Source: Eledone cirrhosa
Taxonomy: Eukaryota
DNA: 64,000 nucleotides
Assembly (NCBI GenBank): GCA_964016885.1
Contig: OZ024741.1
Location: forward strand, 86,056,001 to 86,120,000
Direction: 5' to 3'
The translations under genes were made by a program, and so were the position numbers. This document shows positions 11,540 through 26,042 of the stretch, piece by piece (position 1 is the stretch's first letter; every line of letters starts with the position of its first letter). The notes below the pieces were generated by a model that saw only the letters and a list, made by a program, of their open reading frames with translations, was not told where the DNA came from and did not search any database.

Positions 11540-11830
11540 AATCCCTAATAGGGCATTTTATTTGGGAGGTGGGGGGTGTTTTTTATTTGGAATCCGTTTT
11601 TTATTTGGGGGGGGATGTCCGTTTTTTATGGGGTGGGGGCGTTTTTTATTGGTGGGGGTCCGTTTTTTATTGGGGGGTCCGTTTTTATTGGGGGAGATCC
11701 GTTTTTTATTGGGGGGGATCCGTTTTTATTTGGGGGGAGAAGGGTCCGGTTTTTATGAGGGGGTGATCCGTTATTTAGGGGGGATCCGTTTTTTATTTGG
11801 GAGGTGGTGATCCATTTTTATTGAGGGGTG
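11540..11830. repeat. G/T-rich minisatellite (~19-bp CCGTTTTTTATTGGGGGG units) inside the Helitron
   Basis: More than ten degenerate units; related units at 49400-49460. Confidence 0.85.
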
Positions 11831-13094
11831 ATCACACTTTTGAAGCAAAATGGCAAAGAGTTCCCGTAGACCTTTAGGTGATTTCAACAAAGCACCTTCT
11901 GCTAAAGTGGAATCCCATTGCGAATCATCTTCCAAAAGACCTTGCTTAAAGCAGGCTTCCCGGTACGTATCACATATTTCTCCATCAACAGTTTTGAGGT
12001 CCTGAAAACTTTGTGGGCCTACAACTTTATGCAGAAGAAGGCTGAGATGAAAGCACTCATGCTGACTTGGGGGCACAGTGTAAACCCTTCCAAGACAGCT
12101 GTCAAATTTTACACCAGGATGTCTTTCAACAGCCTGACCTGACTTCTTCGCACCCAAGTGTTTTTCGACCATATAAAGTAGGATGGAACCTGGGGGTACA
12201 CAATTGTTTGCACAAATGTATCGAACTGGTAAAGTTTGAAGAAACCCGTCAGAGTGGTCTCTTTCGGATCGGCAGCCAACTTGGTGGCGGTTTGGTCCGT
12301 AAAGTAAACCCTTTGCCCATTTTCCAAATGTACCGCAAGCTGTACGATGGCGGGGTGCCGTTGGTGTAGGGGTAAACCAAATAGGCGCCAAAGAGCTTCA
12401 TTGCTACTGATGTACCGCCCCGCCAGGTATTCTGTGACCTCGTCCCTACTATTTTCAGCTTAAAATGCGAACATTGCGGCATCAGAGCCCTTATTTACAT
12501 ATTTGCATATGTATTTTATCGACTTGACGGAGTTGCAAAACTCAACGTTGATGTGGGCGTTGAACATCTTCAAGAGAAGCGGGCAGTAAGGGACCACCCA
12601 TCTATTGTCGACTTGACCTCCCTTTACTGTTGTGGTGAAGTCACCGTTCTCGGGCCGTCTCCGCCTGTACAGGTGGTACCCGTCGCCACCAGTCTGAGTC
12701 TGGTCAACAAACCTTTTTGGGTATCCCTTACTGCACGACCCCTTTTCAGATACGTGTGATACTCATTTGGACCCAACGCACACGGACCATGTTAGCTTTG
12801 ACGATGTCATGTAATTCCTGGTCAGTTGCTGGGTTAGGGATTTCAGCCGAAATGAAGGTCTATGGCATTTGAATTGATTTTATCAGCTAACCAAATCAAA
12901 ATGTGAGCATGTGGCAGCCCTCGTTTTTGCCATTTGACGGTGAACATGTCACATTTTACAGCCCCAAATACCTGACCCTTTTTGATTAAAGCCATGAGTT
13001 TAGCCAGTTTCAGTCTGAACACTCTGGGAATGAGGTCATGTCTGTTCGAATAATTTTGCCCAGGAAAAAGTTCACGGGTTACATTCCGATTCAT
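11830..13094 (-). pseudogene. Helitron Rep (HUH) fragments
   Basis: WQKRGLPHAHILIW (motif 2), HINVEFCNSVKSIKYICKYVNKGSD (motif 3), ENGQRVYF, GPQSFQDLKTVDG..TYREAC..GLLEDD. Confidence 0.9.
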
Positions 13095-13530
13095 AGGTCT
13101 ATAGCATTAATCTGTTATATGAAGTGTTATTTTACGGGTTGTTATTTGCAATAAGCCAATTGAAAATGCCCCAGATAAGCCGCATGCCAATACGGAACGC
13201 TCAATACAGAACGCTCCACTGCAGTGTTGTCATATAGGGAGTGAAGAGCGACAGAGAGAATAAAGCAGTTAAATTATAGAGAGAGAGAATATACGGAACG
13301 CTCCATTTGATCATACACACTGTTTCTCTCTCTACAGTGTTGTCATATAGGGAGTGAAGAATGACAGAGAGAGCAAAGCAGTTAAATTATAGAGAGAGGG
13401 AATGATCATGATCGATTTTTGCCCTTATTGTTTTTGCCTCATGACCTTTTCCTGATCAAAAGCAATAATTGTCCCGACTTTGAATAGAATCCGTTGGAAA
13501 TTGTGGACGTGCATACGTTACAAACCTCAG

Positions 13531-13578
<48 letters not shown>

Positions 13579-13584
13579 ATATAT

Positions 13585-13762
13585 ATAGAGAGAGAGAGGG
13601 GAAGAGGGGGGGGGGAGAGAGAAATAAATACATTCCTACACACATTTCAAGAAAGGAAAAAAGAAAACAGAGCAGAAAGACAGTTAAATAGATACATATA
13701 TATCCTGAAATGTGTGTAGGAATGTATTTATCTCTCTCTCCTCCCTTCCCCCTCTCTATATG
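13585..13762. repeat. Inverted repeat, probably a PLE end foldback
   Basis: AAATACATTCCTACACACATTTCA vs TGAAATGTGTGTAGGAATGTATTT, plus purine/pyrimidine outer arms. Confidence 0.6.
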
Positions 13763-13799
13763 TATATCTATATGTATATATATATAGTACTAGTGATAA

Positions 13800-14125
13800 G
13801 GACACCAGTATGATGATGATGCTGATGATAATGACAATGATGGCAGTGGTTGTAGTGAGGAGCTGCTGCTGATTATCCTAGTGTCAGTGGTGGTAGTGTT
13901 AGCCATCCCCTCACCCCCATCACACTCTGTTAGTCTTGGTGCTGGTGGCTGTGCTAATCATGATGCTGCTGCTGTTAGTCATGGTGGTGATGATGATGAT
14001 GCTACTGTTAGTCCTGATGGTGGTGATGGTGGTGGTGGTGGTGCTGCTGATAGTCATGGTGGTGATGATGGTACTGGTACTTCTGCTGCTAGTTGTGATG
14101 GTGGTGGTGGTGATTGTGATTGGGA
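13800..14125. repeat. Degenerate (GAT/GGT)n trinucleotide low-complexity region
   Basis: Seen directly in the sequence. Confidence 0.8.
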
Positions 14126-15399
14126 CAGACAAAATTCTTCTAGACATTGATTTTAGTAGAGAACTAATCAGATGAGACAGCTATGGTGTGATGAGAGAAA
14201 GAGAGGCGAGATAGGAATAGTAGTGTGAGAGAGAAAGAGAGAGGGATAGTTGTGTCTAAGAGGGAGGAGGATAACTATGTGAGATAGAAGAATGAAAGGT
14301 TAATAGTTTAACCTGAGAAAATTTCAGATAATTTTTCAGCAGCCCACAATATATTTTAACCATCCACCAATATATCTACCTACCTATCCATCCACCTACC
14401 TAACAAACTATCTATCTTCCCACCTGCATATCTATCTACCTACCAACCTATCCATCTATCTGTCTATCTATCTACTTCAACCACCAAAACTGCCAAGTTT
14501 GCAGAATGTATCAGAAAAATTTGTTTAAAAAACCTCCAGCAGAGAACAGATGTGAATACTGCCAACCTCATCAAATTTTTATATATTTTGAGGCCATTTT
14601 AACTTTAATAGAATTATGTCATCATAACTGCCAACGTCCAAAATATAATGGAATTGAACTTGCTAGAAATAGAAATTAAATGTTCCTTAAATTACAGATA
14701 CATACACTTAACTTTTTTTTTTATACAAAACTCCCCTAAAAACCTTCCACCATAATTTTATGCAAGAACTGTAGTTATGTTATGTTATAAACAGCAGCTG
14801 ACAAAGTTAGTTATATTATGAAATGACAAAGTTAGTTATATTATGAAATCTTTCCAAATTCTTTTTTCCAAAATTTTTGGAAAATCATAGGCATTGTCTT
14901 TCATTAGAAATATGGTAATGAAAAGTGTAAAACCATTTTGATATCAACCCACCTAAAACTACCCTTGGATTCATGATACAGAACTGTCCAGTTAAAAATG
15001 GTCAGAATTATTTTAGTACATTCCATTGTAATTTTACTTTAAAAAATTTTGGTAAGTAATGTTCCAAACATCATTTACCCAATCAAAAAATGTATTAAAT
15101 TACTCCAGATTTTAGATTATTTTCCAACATAAGCAGTGTACTTTCTACATCGGCAGTGTATTTTATCAGAAAGGGTTAAATAAGTTATATTTTTTATGAT
15201 ATTTAAATATGTGACTTCTCCTGTAACTTTCTTTCTGTGTCCTTTCTTTTTTTTCTGGAATCTTGTACAATGTTCTTAGTCCGGAACACAGAGCGGAGAG
15301 GTGGGGTGAGTAGGCTAAGGGACCCAAATTAATCTTTTGCTATCAAAAATAATATTCAAAGGCCCTAATTACATTTTCAGCCAGGATTATGTGGATTAA

Positions 15400-15630
15400 T
15401 TGTCAATTCAATTCCTGGTGGCGCATTGTGTCTTTGAGCAAAACACTATTTCACATTGGTCCATGTCACTCAACAGGTAAAAATTAGTTGTACTTGTATT
15501 TCAAAAGGCTGACCTTGTCACACAGTGTTATGCTGAATCTCCCTGAGAACTACGTTAAGGGTATATGTGTCTGTGGAATGCTCAGTCACTTGTACATTAA
15601 TTTCACAAGCAGAAGTTCCATTGATCATCA
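15400..15630 (+). mobile_element. SINE fragment (family B, GTGTCTTTGAGCAA motif)
   Basis: Its body is the reverse complement of 22050-22155. Related heads at ~16600-16700 and 18150-18235. Confidence 0.65.
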
Positions 15631-17028
15631 GGAAGATACATCATCGAAAGTGGCAGATTCAGCACATGTGTACATGCAGGTGTGTGTGTATGTGTAATTG
15701 ATCGAATTAAGGATAGAACACTGAACTAGTTTCATCTTACAAAAATAGTGTACTATTTCTGAGAAGTCGAAAGATAAAACTAAGATGGTACACAGCTTTC
15801 TGATTGAGAGAAAGAGAAAAAACAATTTTGAGGTGTAGTTTGTTTTTTTTTCTTTTGTTATTCCAACATTCAATCAAACATCAAATAGTTGTGAAGAACT
15901 AATCAATAGAAACAGCTGATGGTTAAATGATTATTTTGATTTCCTTTTTAGCTCATTAAAGTACAAGTCCAGGGATAGTAGATTGGCAGGATTGTTAAAG
16001 AGTTTGGCAGGATATAACTGTTATGAATTTGTTCATTCTGAGTTCAAATCCTGCTGCCTGTTACCAGAAAAAGTGTTGACATTTCTGCCATGAATTGCAA
16101 CAAACAGATAGTTTCAACAATGGAAAGACCAATGGAAATATAAATTTCCTTGGTGCAATTTGACAATTGGCTGATTTCTTTTCCTGAGTCCAATCACCAG
16201 CAAGGTAGTGACACTTCTGCCAGGAATTGCAATATAGACAGTATCAGCAATAGAAAAACCAATGGAGCCATTAATCGAATCTAATTATTATTTTCTACCA
16301 GGCTAAACAACCATGTAGAGCAGCTATTCTTAACCTAATTTTAGAGCTGGCACCCTTCAAATTTCCAAATTTTTTCTCACTGACTCCTGCTTTGATCTTA
16401 ATGTGCTAAAAAAAAACAATCAAAATTATTTATTTATTCCATTGACTGCTGTTGCATTTTGTTCAATCAACTTTGAAATGCATTGTTTTTGCTGCTGAGA
16501 GCAATTCAAATCATTTACTGATTTTGATCATGAGAAAGAAAGAAAGAAATTTGTGCTCTCATTCAGTATTGGTCCATTAAAAGTGAACGAGATGTCATGA
16601 TGGCCTGGTGGTTAAGGTGCTGGACTCATGATCATAAGGTCATAGGAATATTCTTAGACTAAATGGTACATATTTTTTAGCAGGATGCTTTATTTCACGT
16701 TGCTTTTCATATTTATAACTGAGCTGTAACAACAACAATGATGATAACAGAATTAATGAATTGATGTCAATACTGGTATCAATACTTTCAAATCACAAAA
16801 AATATCATGATTTATCATCATGGTCATCACTGTTTTACATCCATTCTCCATGTTGGATGGGTTGTCACATTCTGAATTATTTACAGTTTTTGCTTGATAC
16901 ATTTTCCTTAACGTTGATTTTAAGGATGCTAATGTTACATTAATATAAATCTTTTACTATTGTGTAATGTATTGCACACAAGACAATTAGTGTTAAATTA
17001 ATACAAGGCATCGTGCAAGGTATCAAAT

Positions 17029-17160
17029 TGGCAGTCATTAGATTGACAGTTATGCAGTATTCATTCTGGCCCCCTGTGTTCTAAGTTCAAATCCCGCCAA
17101 GATCAACTTTACTTTTCATCCTTTCAAGGTCCATAAAAAAAGTACAAATCCAGTACTGTA
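17029..17160 (+). mobile_element. tRNA-derived SINE (family A), degenerate
   Basis: B-box-like AGTTCAAATCC followed by ACTTT..CTTTTCATCCTTTC core. Confidence 0.75.
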
Positions 17161-17482
17161 ATTGATTCTTTTTTTTCCTTCCCTCTTTATTCTTTGATAG
17201 AAATTGGCTGTGTTCAAATCTGGAGATGGGATGGGCTCCGCTGTTTTAAAATGCCCAGACATGGCGTATGTCAGTATGGCACCCCTACAACACCACTAGT
17301 AGTTATTAATTTAATCGTCCATATATAGAGTTTGTAAGCCATGACAGATTATGGAAGGTAACTAGTACCCCTTACAGTTAAGAAACAAAAACAAGATAGA
17401 TAGATTTTAAAAAGGGGGAAGGGCAGCTATAAGACAGCTTGAGTCTATGTATACAGTATACAGCACTATTAATGTTAAATTA

Positions 17483-17666
17483 ATAATTGTTTCTACTTTT
17501 GGCACAAGGCCAGCAATTATCCAATACATTACTGGTACTTTATTTTATCGACCCCGTAAGGATGAAAGGCAAAGTTGACCTCGGCGAGATTTGAACTCAG
17601 AATGGAAAGGGCCGTAATTCAATACGTCAAAGCATGACGCCCGACCCTCTACCGATACTGCCAATC
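17483..17666 (-). mobile_element. tRNA-derived SINE (family A)
   Basis: Reverse complement of the copies at 49100 and 62905. Confidence 0.88.
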
Positions 17667-20600
17667 AAAATGGGTTGCTAATATTGTTACAAAATTAGTT
17701 TTTCAGAAGACTACTTTTTTTTTAATCACCTGGTGAGTAAAAGGGTAAAATACAGATACAGGCAGGGTCAAGCTTTAGACAAAACAGGCGTCTTGTCTTT
17801 TCTTTTTACCTAATAAACATATTCCAGTTTGTGAACTTTATTAATCAAACGACATATTTGACAATTATGCACAATGACCAATGCTTAAAACTGAACTTTA
17901 AAGTTCAAAGGTAGGCGAACTTGACCGTTGAATATTAACGGTAATTCATAAACTGGTGAGTCACGTATGTGGTTCGTTCGCTCTCTCGATTTCAGTGGGA
18001 AATAATTATTGTTCCTCGTTTATTTTTTGTTTTGTTTTTTCGTGTTATCAACTAATCTGTCCTCTGAACATGATGCAGAGCGAAGTGTAGGGAGACTAAA
18101 AAAACTAATAATATAATAATTATTTCCCACTGAATTAGAGCAACATGAAATAAAGCATCTTGCTCAAGGACATCGTGCCGCCAGGAATCGAAATGACGAC
18201 CTTATCATCATCAGCTGAACACCCTAACCACTAAGCTTTCACTTGTATAATGTGGTAGTATCATGGCTGACAAGAAGCTAAACAAATATATTCTTATAAC
18301 ACAACATAAATTTTACACAAATTTTAAATATAACACGACATAAATATTAAGATAAAATGTAAGATTCGTTTACTGAAGAAATAAGGATGACGAACGTGTT
18401 CACAACTGATAAACTTATTTCTCCACGTGTCCATGCGACCAACAGTAATCTTTTATTTTAAGTCTATGTACAGGAAGTTGTGTATTTTTGTTTTTGTAGT
18501 CGTTAAACTGTATGTGTACAATATTATATATATATATTGTACACAAATTAAGATGATAAATAATTGTACACAATATATATACTGTACACAAACAAATTAA
18601 GATGACAAATAAACGTTGAAAATATAAATAAATCATTTTTTTAACGCTTATTTATCATATATATATATATAAACGTTAAAAATATTTAAAAAATGTTTTT
18701 CAAGTTTATCTGTCATCTTAATTTTTACATGCATGTGTACATACATATATGACTTCTTTAGCCACTATGAAAACAAAAATAAAGAACTGGCGCCTAGACG
18801 AAGGTTCGCCAAATTGTGGTTTACAACTTCATGTGTTTAATTTCGACCTCCTCATAATCCCACATATGAAACCCAACCATCCGAAATTGCCAGCTTTAGA
18901 AGGTACGGGGCTTAATTAGGTGTTGCAATGTATTGTTAGATGTACCTGAAGAACCAAGAGTATATTACTTTAGCGCAGTCTTGAGAACTGCGGTCCATTT
19001 TTGGTTTTCTGAATGACACGCCGAATTTCAAAATTATCATACCTTGAATTTTTGTTATGATGAGCCATATCTTATACAGCCTACTGCTCGAAATAGGTTG
19101 TCCCTGTCTACTCTAGCGCCTCTAATGTGGTGCGTTGAATATATTACTACAGAGCCGCCCCCCCCCCCTGAAGTGTAGGGCTCGATCGGGAGCAATTTGT
19201 ATAATTGGGTTAAAACCGACACTGCTATCAGCATAGATCACACGTGTACCTAATAACATACGAACCCGCAAGACTTAGAATAGCCATATATTGTAACTGG
19301 ATACTGTATTCAGATACTATACCTACAACACTCAATAAATCACTTCGAAGTACAATAAGTGTGTGTGTAATGACGTCAATGTCAGTAATTTACTTTCACT
19401 TTTTTTTTTTTTAACCTAAAATAAGATTTAACCAAATCGAGTATAGATAATAATTTCGTACGATCAATTTTATTTCAGAGTGAATAACTGGGAGAAGCGA
19501 GCGCACATTATAGGACTAGCCAAGGCCGCTACGTACCCAGGCGCCGGTCGTATTATCAATGATACCCGTTGTTAACATACTAGGTGTAATTTTCATAGAA
19601 TCGATTTTAATTCCACATCGAGTCCATTTCTCTTCGCATACATTTTCCTTGTTTTCTTTTGGTTTTGGTGTTTTTCTTATCTTTTCTTTGATTACTTTCT
19701 TACTGCAAATTGTTAATCTTTCCCTAATACTCTTGGAAAATATGTGTATGTTCTTTACTTAGTTTAAAGTTCACGCCTTATGCCAGCTGGTAGCACCGCC
19801 TTAGAGCTGTCCTAGATACCTACCCGAATCGGGGCAGGGGGACAGTTTTTCACTTGTAAAAACAAATCATTTTTACTGATGACTGGTACAGGATACTTGA
19901 AAGAAATGACCAATCCAGGAAAAAGTCACAGGAGACAGTTACATTTTATTTAAATACCATAAAAAGCTATATAAGGTATATGTGTGTGTGTATATATGTT
20001 CACACAATCTAAAGAGATAAGAGAACAAAAATCACCGAAAACACTTAAATTCTGGTTTAAATCTTTTTCCTTTTCTATATAGCCAAATGTGTGACATTTT
20101 TCTAAGATTTTATTTCCGTTTAACGGGGGGGGGGGGGGGTAAAAGAGAAAAATCGCTGAATCATGTAGACTAGCCAGAAAAATACCTGATAGTTTTCTGG
20201 TTCCTTTCTCGTGAAAGTTGTATTTTACATCGGTAAATTAGTTGTTTTGTAATTTTATATTCGAGCAATTTATTTGAGAATGAACGGAAATTAAATTTTG
20301 TTGCAATCAGATCTGTCAAATAAAAAGTTTGAGAAACATTTTCCTAACGCTCTCATAGATTAGAATTTATCTACCCATATAATGAAAAGATACCCTTATT
20401 TCTAATTTGGGACAAGGAAAATGTTACTCTAGATATAGATCTATCACGCGAGGAGAGAGACTGAAGACCCTTAATATAAACAATGTAAAGATCTGAAAGT
20501 ACAATAAGGTGGATTGTAATGTTTAGGCTTTTCTCAAGGTCATTGACGAATAGAAATTTGTACGGTGGTACTAAGTGGGATATTGAAACAGTCCCCTTTT

Positions 20601-21180
20601 AACATTAGCAGAATAATAGCCACATAGCTAATACCATGCATTCTAAATATTTGTGTGTGTGCGAATGTAAGCACGTCGCCAGTGGGAAGAAGCACTGGGT
20701 GGCACAGCCCTCTTACTTTTCAACAGTGCTCCCTCGGGTTTAGAAAATGGTTTATTTTAAATGTCCTGAAATACTTTCCCCGCCCTCTTAACTCTAAAAC
20801 CTGGCGATGAACCTGTGTGTATATATACATGTATACATAAACAAACACAAACATATATATATATAAATTTACAAAAGAAAAAACATATCTACAGTACAGG
20901 AAACGTTACTGACAACAATTAAATCAAATTATAATCACAAAATAAATATAATACAGTCATTTATCTTCTTTTTTTCGTTTCTTATTAGAAAATGAAATAT
21001 CATTGTAGTTGTACTAGTTGTTATTATTATTATGTTTCCCAAGACTTTCTGCTTTTTTTTATTTTATTTTTGTTTCCGTGTGAATTTATATTTTTATTTT
21101 ATTTTATTTTGACCTTTTATACTTCCACTTTACTTGTTTATATATATATATATATATCTCTATTCTAAGGACATGATTTA

Positions 21181-21254
<74 letters not shown>

Positions 21255-21640
21255 GTATATATAATGTGTGTGTATACATATATATGTGTGTGTTATGGAA
21301 AGAGAAAAGAGGGGGAATGTGTATATACAACCCTGGATTAACTATTAAGATGAGCACGTTTTTTTCTTCTAGTAGATGGGAGTTTTTTAGGGGGGGGGGG
21401 GGTCCATATACAGTATATGAGAGTACCATAATCTTTATAGTCCTTCATATTTCCAAAGGTCTTAATTCAGCCTTGCATACATGGATCCTTAATTCCTAAT
21501 GGTGACGTGAAAGCAACGTCTTGAGATGGGCTGTCTAGAGCATTTTTTAAACCTGGCGAAATCCATCTTTCTCCAGGTCTGAACTCAACCGATTTCTTCA
21601 AGTGATTCAGAAAGAGCGAGACAGAAAAAAAGGACAGTGG

Positions 21641-21792
21641 ACCAGTACTTGACTGTTACTTTATTTATCAACCTTAAAGGGATGAAAAATTAAAATTGAC
21701 CTCGACGGGATTTGAACTCAGAGTACAGAGAGCCGGAAAGAATACTACAGCATCCTATCCGACGTTCTAAACGACTCTGCCAAATCGCCGCC
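21641..21792 (-). mobile_element. tRNA-derived SINE (family A-related)
   Basis: Reverse complement reads GGCGGCGATTTGGCAGAGTCGTTAG..GAGTTCAAATCCCG..TTTCATCCC..ATAAATAAAGTA. Confidence 0.8.
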
Positions 21793-22049
21793 TGTCTGTT
21801 AAAGAATGTTGACTAAAAAGAATTATATATATATTATGATTCTATAGGACGGAATAATATCTTACTTAGGGATTATGTAAATATTTTTCTGACTACAAAG
21901 GCATTGTGTGTATATAAAGACATCTGTCTATACATACAGTGTTGGCTAAAAAAAATCTATAGATATTTTCTATTGCTGCACCTTTGTCGGTTCCGACGAG
22001 TATTCCAGACATCAGAAAACCAGAATAACCTCCGCGTGAAATTATCGTG

Positions 22050-22155
22050 CTAGTGACTGAGCATTCCACAGATACGTGTACCCTTAACGTAATTCTCAGG
22101 GAGATTCAGCGTGGCATAGTGTGACAAGGCTGGCTCTTTGAATTATAAAAGTATC
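22050..22155 (-). mobile_element. SINE family B fragment
   Basis: Reverse complement of 15490-15600. Confidence 0.7.
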
Positions 22156-23860
22156 TTCCTCGAGAATACATCTATCTATGAATACAGTGTTGGCTGAAAA
22201 AATCTATAGATTTATTCTATAGTACAGAATAACATTTTACTAAGGACCTAAGTAAATATTTTTTTTGTTTGTATGTTTTTTATGCCCCCCCCCCCCCCCC
22301 CCCGAAGCTATTGTATGTAAAGACAAGCTGTTGAGATCAAGTGTTGCTAAAAAAATCTATAGTTACATACCTACAGCATTGAAACAAATCATTTAATTAT
22401 TTTCTCTCTGGGTTAATTCAGGAAACTCATAAACTGTTTGGTATAGGACAATGATGTTGATTTGCCCGTAATATAGCCATCTCCATTCTAGAAAGAAATA
22501 TGCTACCCAGTGTATCGGTCGTTTGTTTTTCTTTTCGTTTTTTGTTTTTTTCAGGTGTGTAATTTAAGGGGAAATTTAGCTACTATTTCGAATGGACGGT
22601 GTAGAAACATAAATATACAGAGTTAGAAATATATAGAGACAGACACACACACATATACATAGAAATATAGATACATACACACAAACATCTACAGAGAGAT
22701 ATAGATATATACACACAAACATCTACAGAGAGATATACACAGACATAGAAAGCTAGAACGAGATATAGATAGATATACATACACACATATACAGAGAAAT
22801 ATAGATAAACGCACACATTCACAGACATATACAGAGCTATATATAGAGACATACACATATATAGAGCGTTATAGATACAGACACTTACACAGATAGAGAT
22901 ATAGACACACACATATACACATTCACAGGTATATACAGATAAAGAGAGCTATACATACACAGACATACACGCACAAATACCCAGTTATATACAGAGCGAT
23001 AGAGAGATATAGGCACACACATACAAAGATAATAGACATATACACAACCATATGCACACATATACATGGAGATAGAGATACAGCCACACACATAAACATA
23101 TACAGAGAGAGAGATATATGTACACACAAATAAACATATACAGAGAGAGAGATATATGTACACACAAATACAGACATTTACAAAGGAATAGATATAAGCA
23201 TACAAACACATCAAGACATTAAAAAACACAAATACACACAGGCATGATACAGAATGAAACAAAAGCACGGTTAAAGTTCACGCGTATTTATACGTGTATA
23301 TAATCAAACATAAGTTAAAGTATATATAATGTTTGTGTCTTATGTTATATACAGGATGTACAGATATAAACATAGGTGTTTGTGTTTATATAACAGAATA
23401 TATATTATAAGATGGTATGAAAATAGATAGATAGATTGGTAGACAAATTACATCGATTCAAAGATACCCGCAAGTGTATATTCATATAATGTTAAATCAC
23501 AAATATATCGTATATACTGCTTTTGAATAGTATGCTGGTGTATACATATACATATATATATATATTTTGTATATATATATATATATATTGTATATATATA
23601 TACATAAGTATACACCACACGCGCGCACTCATATACATATACACACACTGCAAAGAAGCATAGGCCCATATGTACATAAAAATATGATGTAATCTATAAA
23701 TGAGATAAGATTTATATTAATCTAAATCAAAGCAAACAAAATAAACAAGCAGGCGTCGTTCAAGCATGGCCATACATGTTTATATATAGACATGACATAT
23801 AAACAGCATATATATATATATATAATCATACGTTAACATTATACATCATGTTTGTGTGTG

Positions 23861-23895
<35 letters not shown>

Positions 23896-23898
<3 letters not shown>

Positions 23899-23943
23899 TC
23901 ACAAAAGTGGCTTCCACTGTGTGCATTGTATATGTATGTATGC

Positions 23944-23985
<42 letters not shown>

Positions 23986-24033
23986 GCATACATACATATA
24001 CAATGCACACAGTGGAAGCCACTTTTGTGATGA
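23896..24033. repeat. Perfect palindrome centred on (TA)n
   Basis: TCATCACAAAAGTGGCTTCCACTGTGTGCATTG...(TA)n...CAATGCACACAGTGGAAGCCACTTTTGTGATGA. Confidence 0.9.
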
Positions 24034-24179
24034 CTTTGGGTCGGAGCCTTTTAAATAACATTAATCAGCTGATAACATTAAGCAGAAGGTATAGCAATAT
24101 CCTGAGTGTGTTCGGGACTCACTAATTTTCATAACTATTTGATAACATTATTCGTCCTTACAACTAGCGGCTTCCATTG
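24010..24179. mobile_element. Tc1/mariner-type MITE
   Basis: Terminal inverted repeats CAGTGGAAGCC / GGCTTCCATTG followed by TA. Confidence 0.55.
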
Positions 24180-24221
24180 TACGTGTATGTATATATATAT
24201 ATACACACACACACATACATT

Positions 24222-24281
<60 letters not shown>

Positions 24282-25626
24282 TACATACATACATTTGTGT
24301 GTGTATTTTTAATAATAAAGTGACCAGATCAAACTAACCTTCCCATGTAGTTTTGTGCTTCTTACTCTCTCTATATAAAGCAGAGCAATGCGAGCCGAGT
24401 CTTGCAATCTCAGCGAATGGTTTTCCTCTGTATGTTTGTATGTATATATTAGTGTAGCTTTGTTAGTCTGTAAATGCTGGATTATATGTATGTAATGTCT
24501 GCTTATATACGCAAGTGTCTGTTTGTGGGAGTGTATCTGTTGGTGAGTGTGTTGCTACTGCTGTTATATATGCTGGTCGCTTTCACTGAGTGTAATTGTA
24601 TACATATGTCACTGTGTGCGTGTGTCTGTCCCTATGCTTATGTGCGCGTAATAGACGGCTTATCTGTGTAACCGTGTACGTTTCTCTTACTTATATATAT
24701 ATATATACTTACTTATATATATATATCTGTCTGTGTTGTGGTCGTATGCGTATGCTGTTACAGTATATGTGCGTTTATGCGTATCTCTCTATATATGTGT
24801 GTGCATGTTAGTTATGTGTAATTGTATACGTATGTTGTCACGGTATGTGTGTGTTTATGTGTATACTGTATACGTATGTGGGTTAGTTATATATGTCTGT
24901 TATTTATGTATCTGTGTGTTTGCTGAAAATCTTGCAGTGTAATCGTATACATATGTTGTCCTGGTATGTGTATGCGTGTTTTTGTGTATGTCTGTTTATA
25001 TAGCTCTGTATGTACGTTGTACCGGTAAGCAGCTCCGTTGAGTATGCTTTTAATGTGTGTGCGTGTGCGTGTACGTATGTATTGTCTTTGTGTGTGTATA
25101 TATATGTATGGTTTTGTCTTTGTGAGTATGTGTGTCTATGTATGTATGTGTTTGTGTGTATGTATGTGTGCCTGTGTATACGAGAGCAATAGAAAGTCTG
25201 CTTTTAAATATAGTTGCGTATGTATGTGTCTGTTTTCAGCATATATGTGTCTATGCTACTAAATAGGCATGTATGTGCGCCTGTCTGTTTATAGTTGTTT
25301 TCTGCATATTCATATTAATATGTATGTGTGTTTTACTAAACATGCTTGTGTAAATATATTATGTATGAGTTTATGGAAGAATGTCTGTGCATATTTTTGT
25401 TTTCAATATATTCATAAGTGTGTCGCTAAATATGTATGTATGCACGTATATATTTTTCTATCGACGTGCGTGTATTTGTTTGCTTTACAAAGAACTATAG
25501 AAGTGTCACTGCGTGTGTGCACCTGTGTTTGGGTAAGTGGAAGATCCGTGTAGTCACATAGATGCAGAATGCTATTGTACAAACCGTTAAATATGCTTAT
25601 TTTATATGTAAATGTTATATGTAAAC

Positions 25627-25643
25627 ATTATATAAGTATTATA

Positions 25644-25730
<87 letters not shown>
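25627..25730. repeat. (CT)n microsatellite
   Basis: Seen directly in the sequence. Confidence 0.97.
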
Positions 25731-25732
<2 letters not shown>

Positions 25733-26008
25733 GAAAAACAAGGGGAGAAGAATACTGCATGGTTGCACATGGATTACATATTATAAAATTAGTCCCTCAT
25801 CAGTGATTTGCCAACCATCATTGGTATTTCATCGCATTAAAAATCAGATACCTCAGGTTGGTGCGAGCAATAACTAAAATAAGCTATTGGGACAAGTGAA
25901 ACGCGTAAAGCGAGTGAGACAAGTACACAACAGAAGGAAAAGCAATATATATACTGTTATATATATATATACTGTTAGCTTCTCGCTACAACAATTTCTA
26001 TACCTTTC

Positions 26009-26042
<34 letters not shown>

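Larger units (their letters stand above)
10263..13545 (-). mobile_element. Helitron, internally deleted and degenerate Rep/helicase
   Basis: Minus-strand 3' end CCCGAGCAACGCCGGG hairpin followed by CTAG|T at 10263. 5' end TATATAAAGCTG near 13540. Rep and Pif1 motifs inside. Confidence 0.92.

Noticed and set aside
13881-14175. Gly/Asp-, Thr- or Val-rich ORFs (also His-rich 52952-53152)
   Set aside because: Trinucleotide low-complexity sequence open in several frames.
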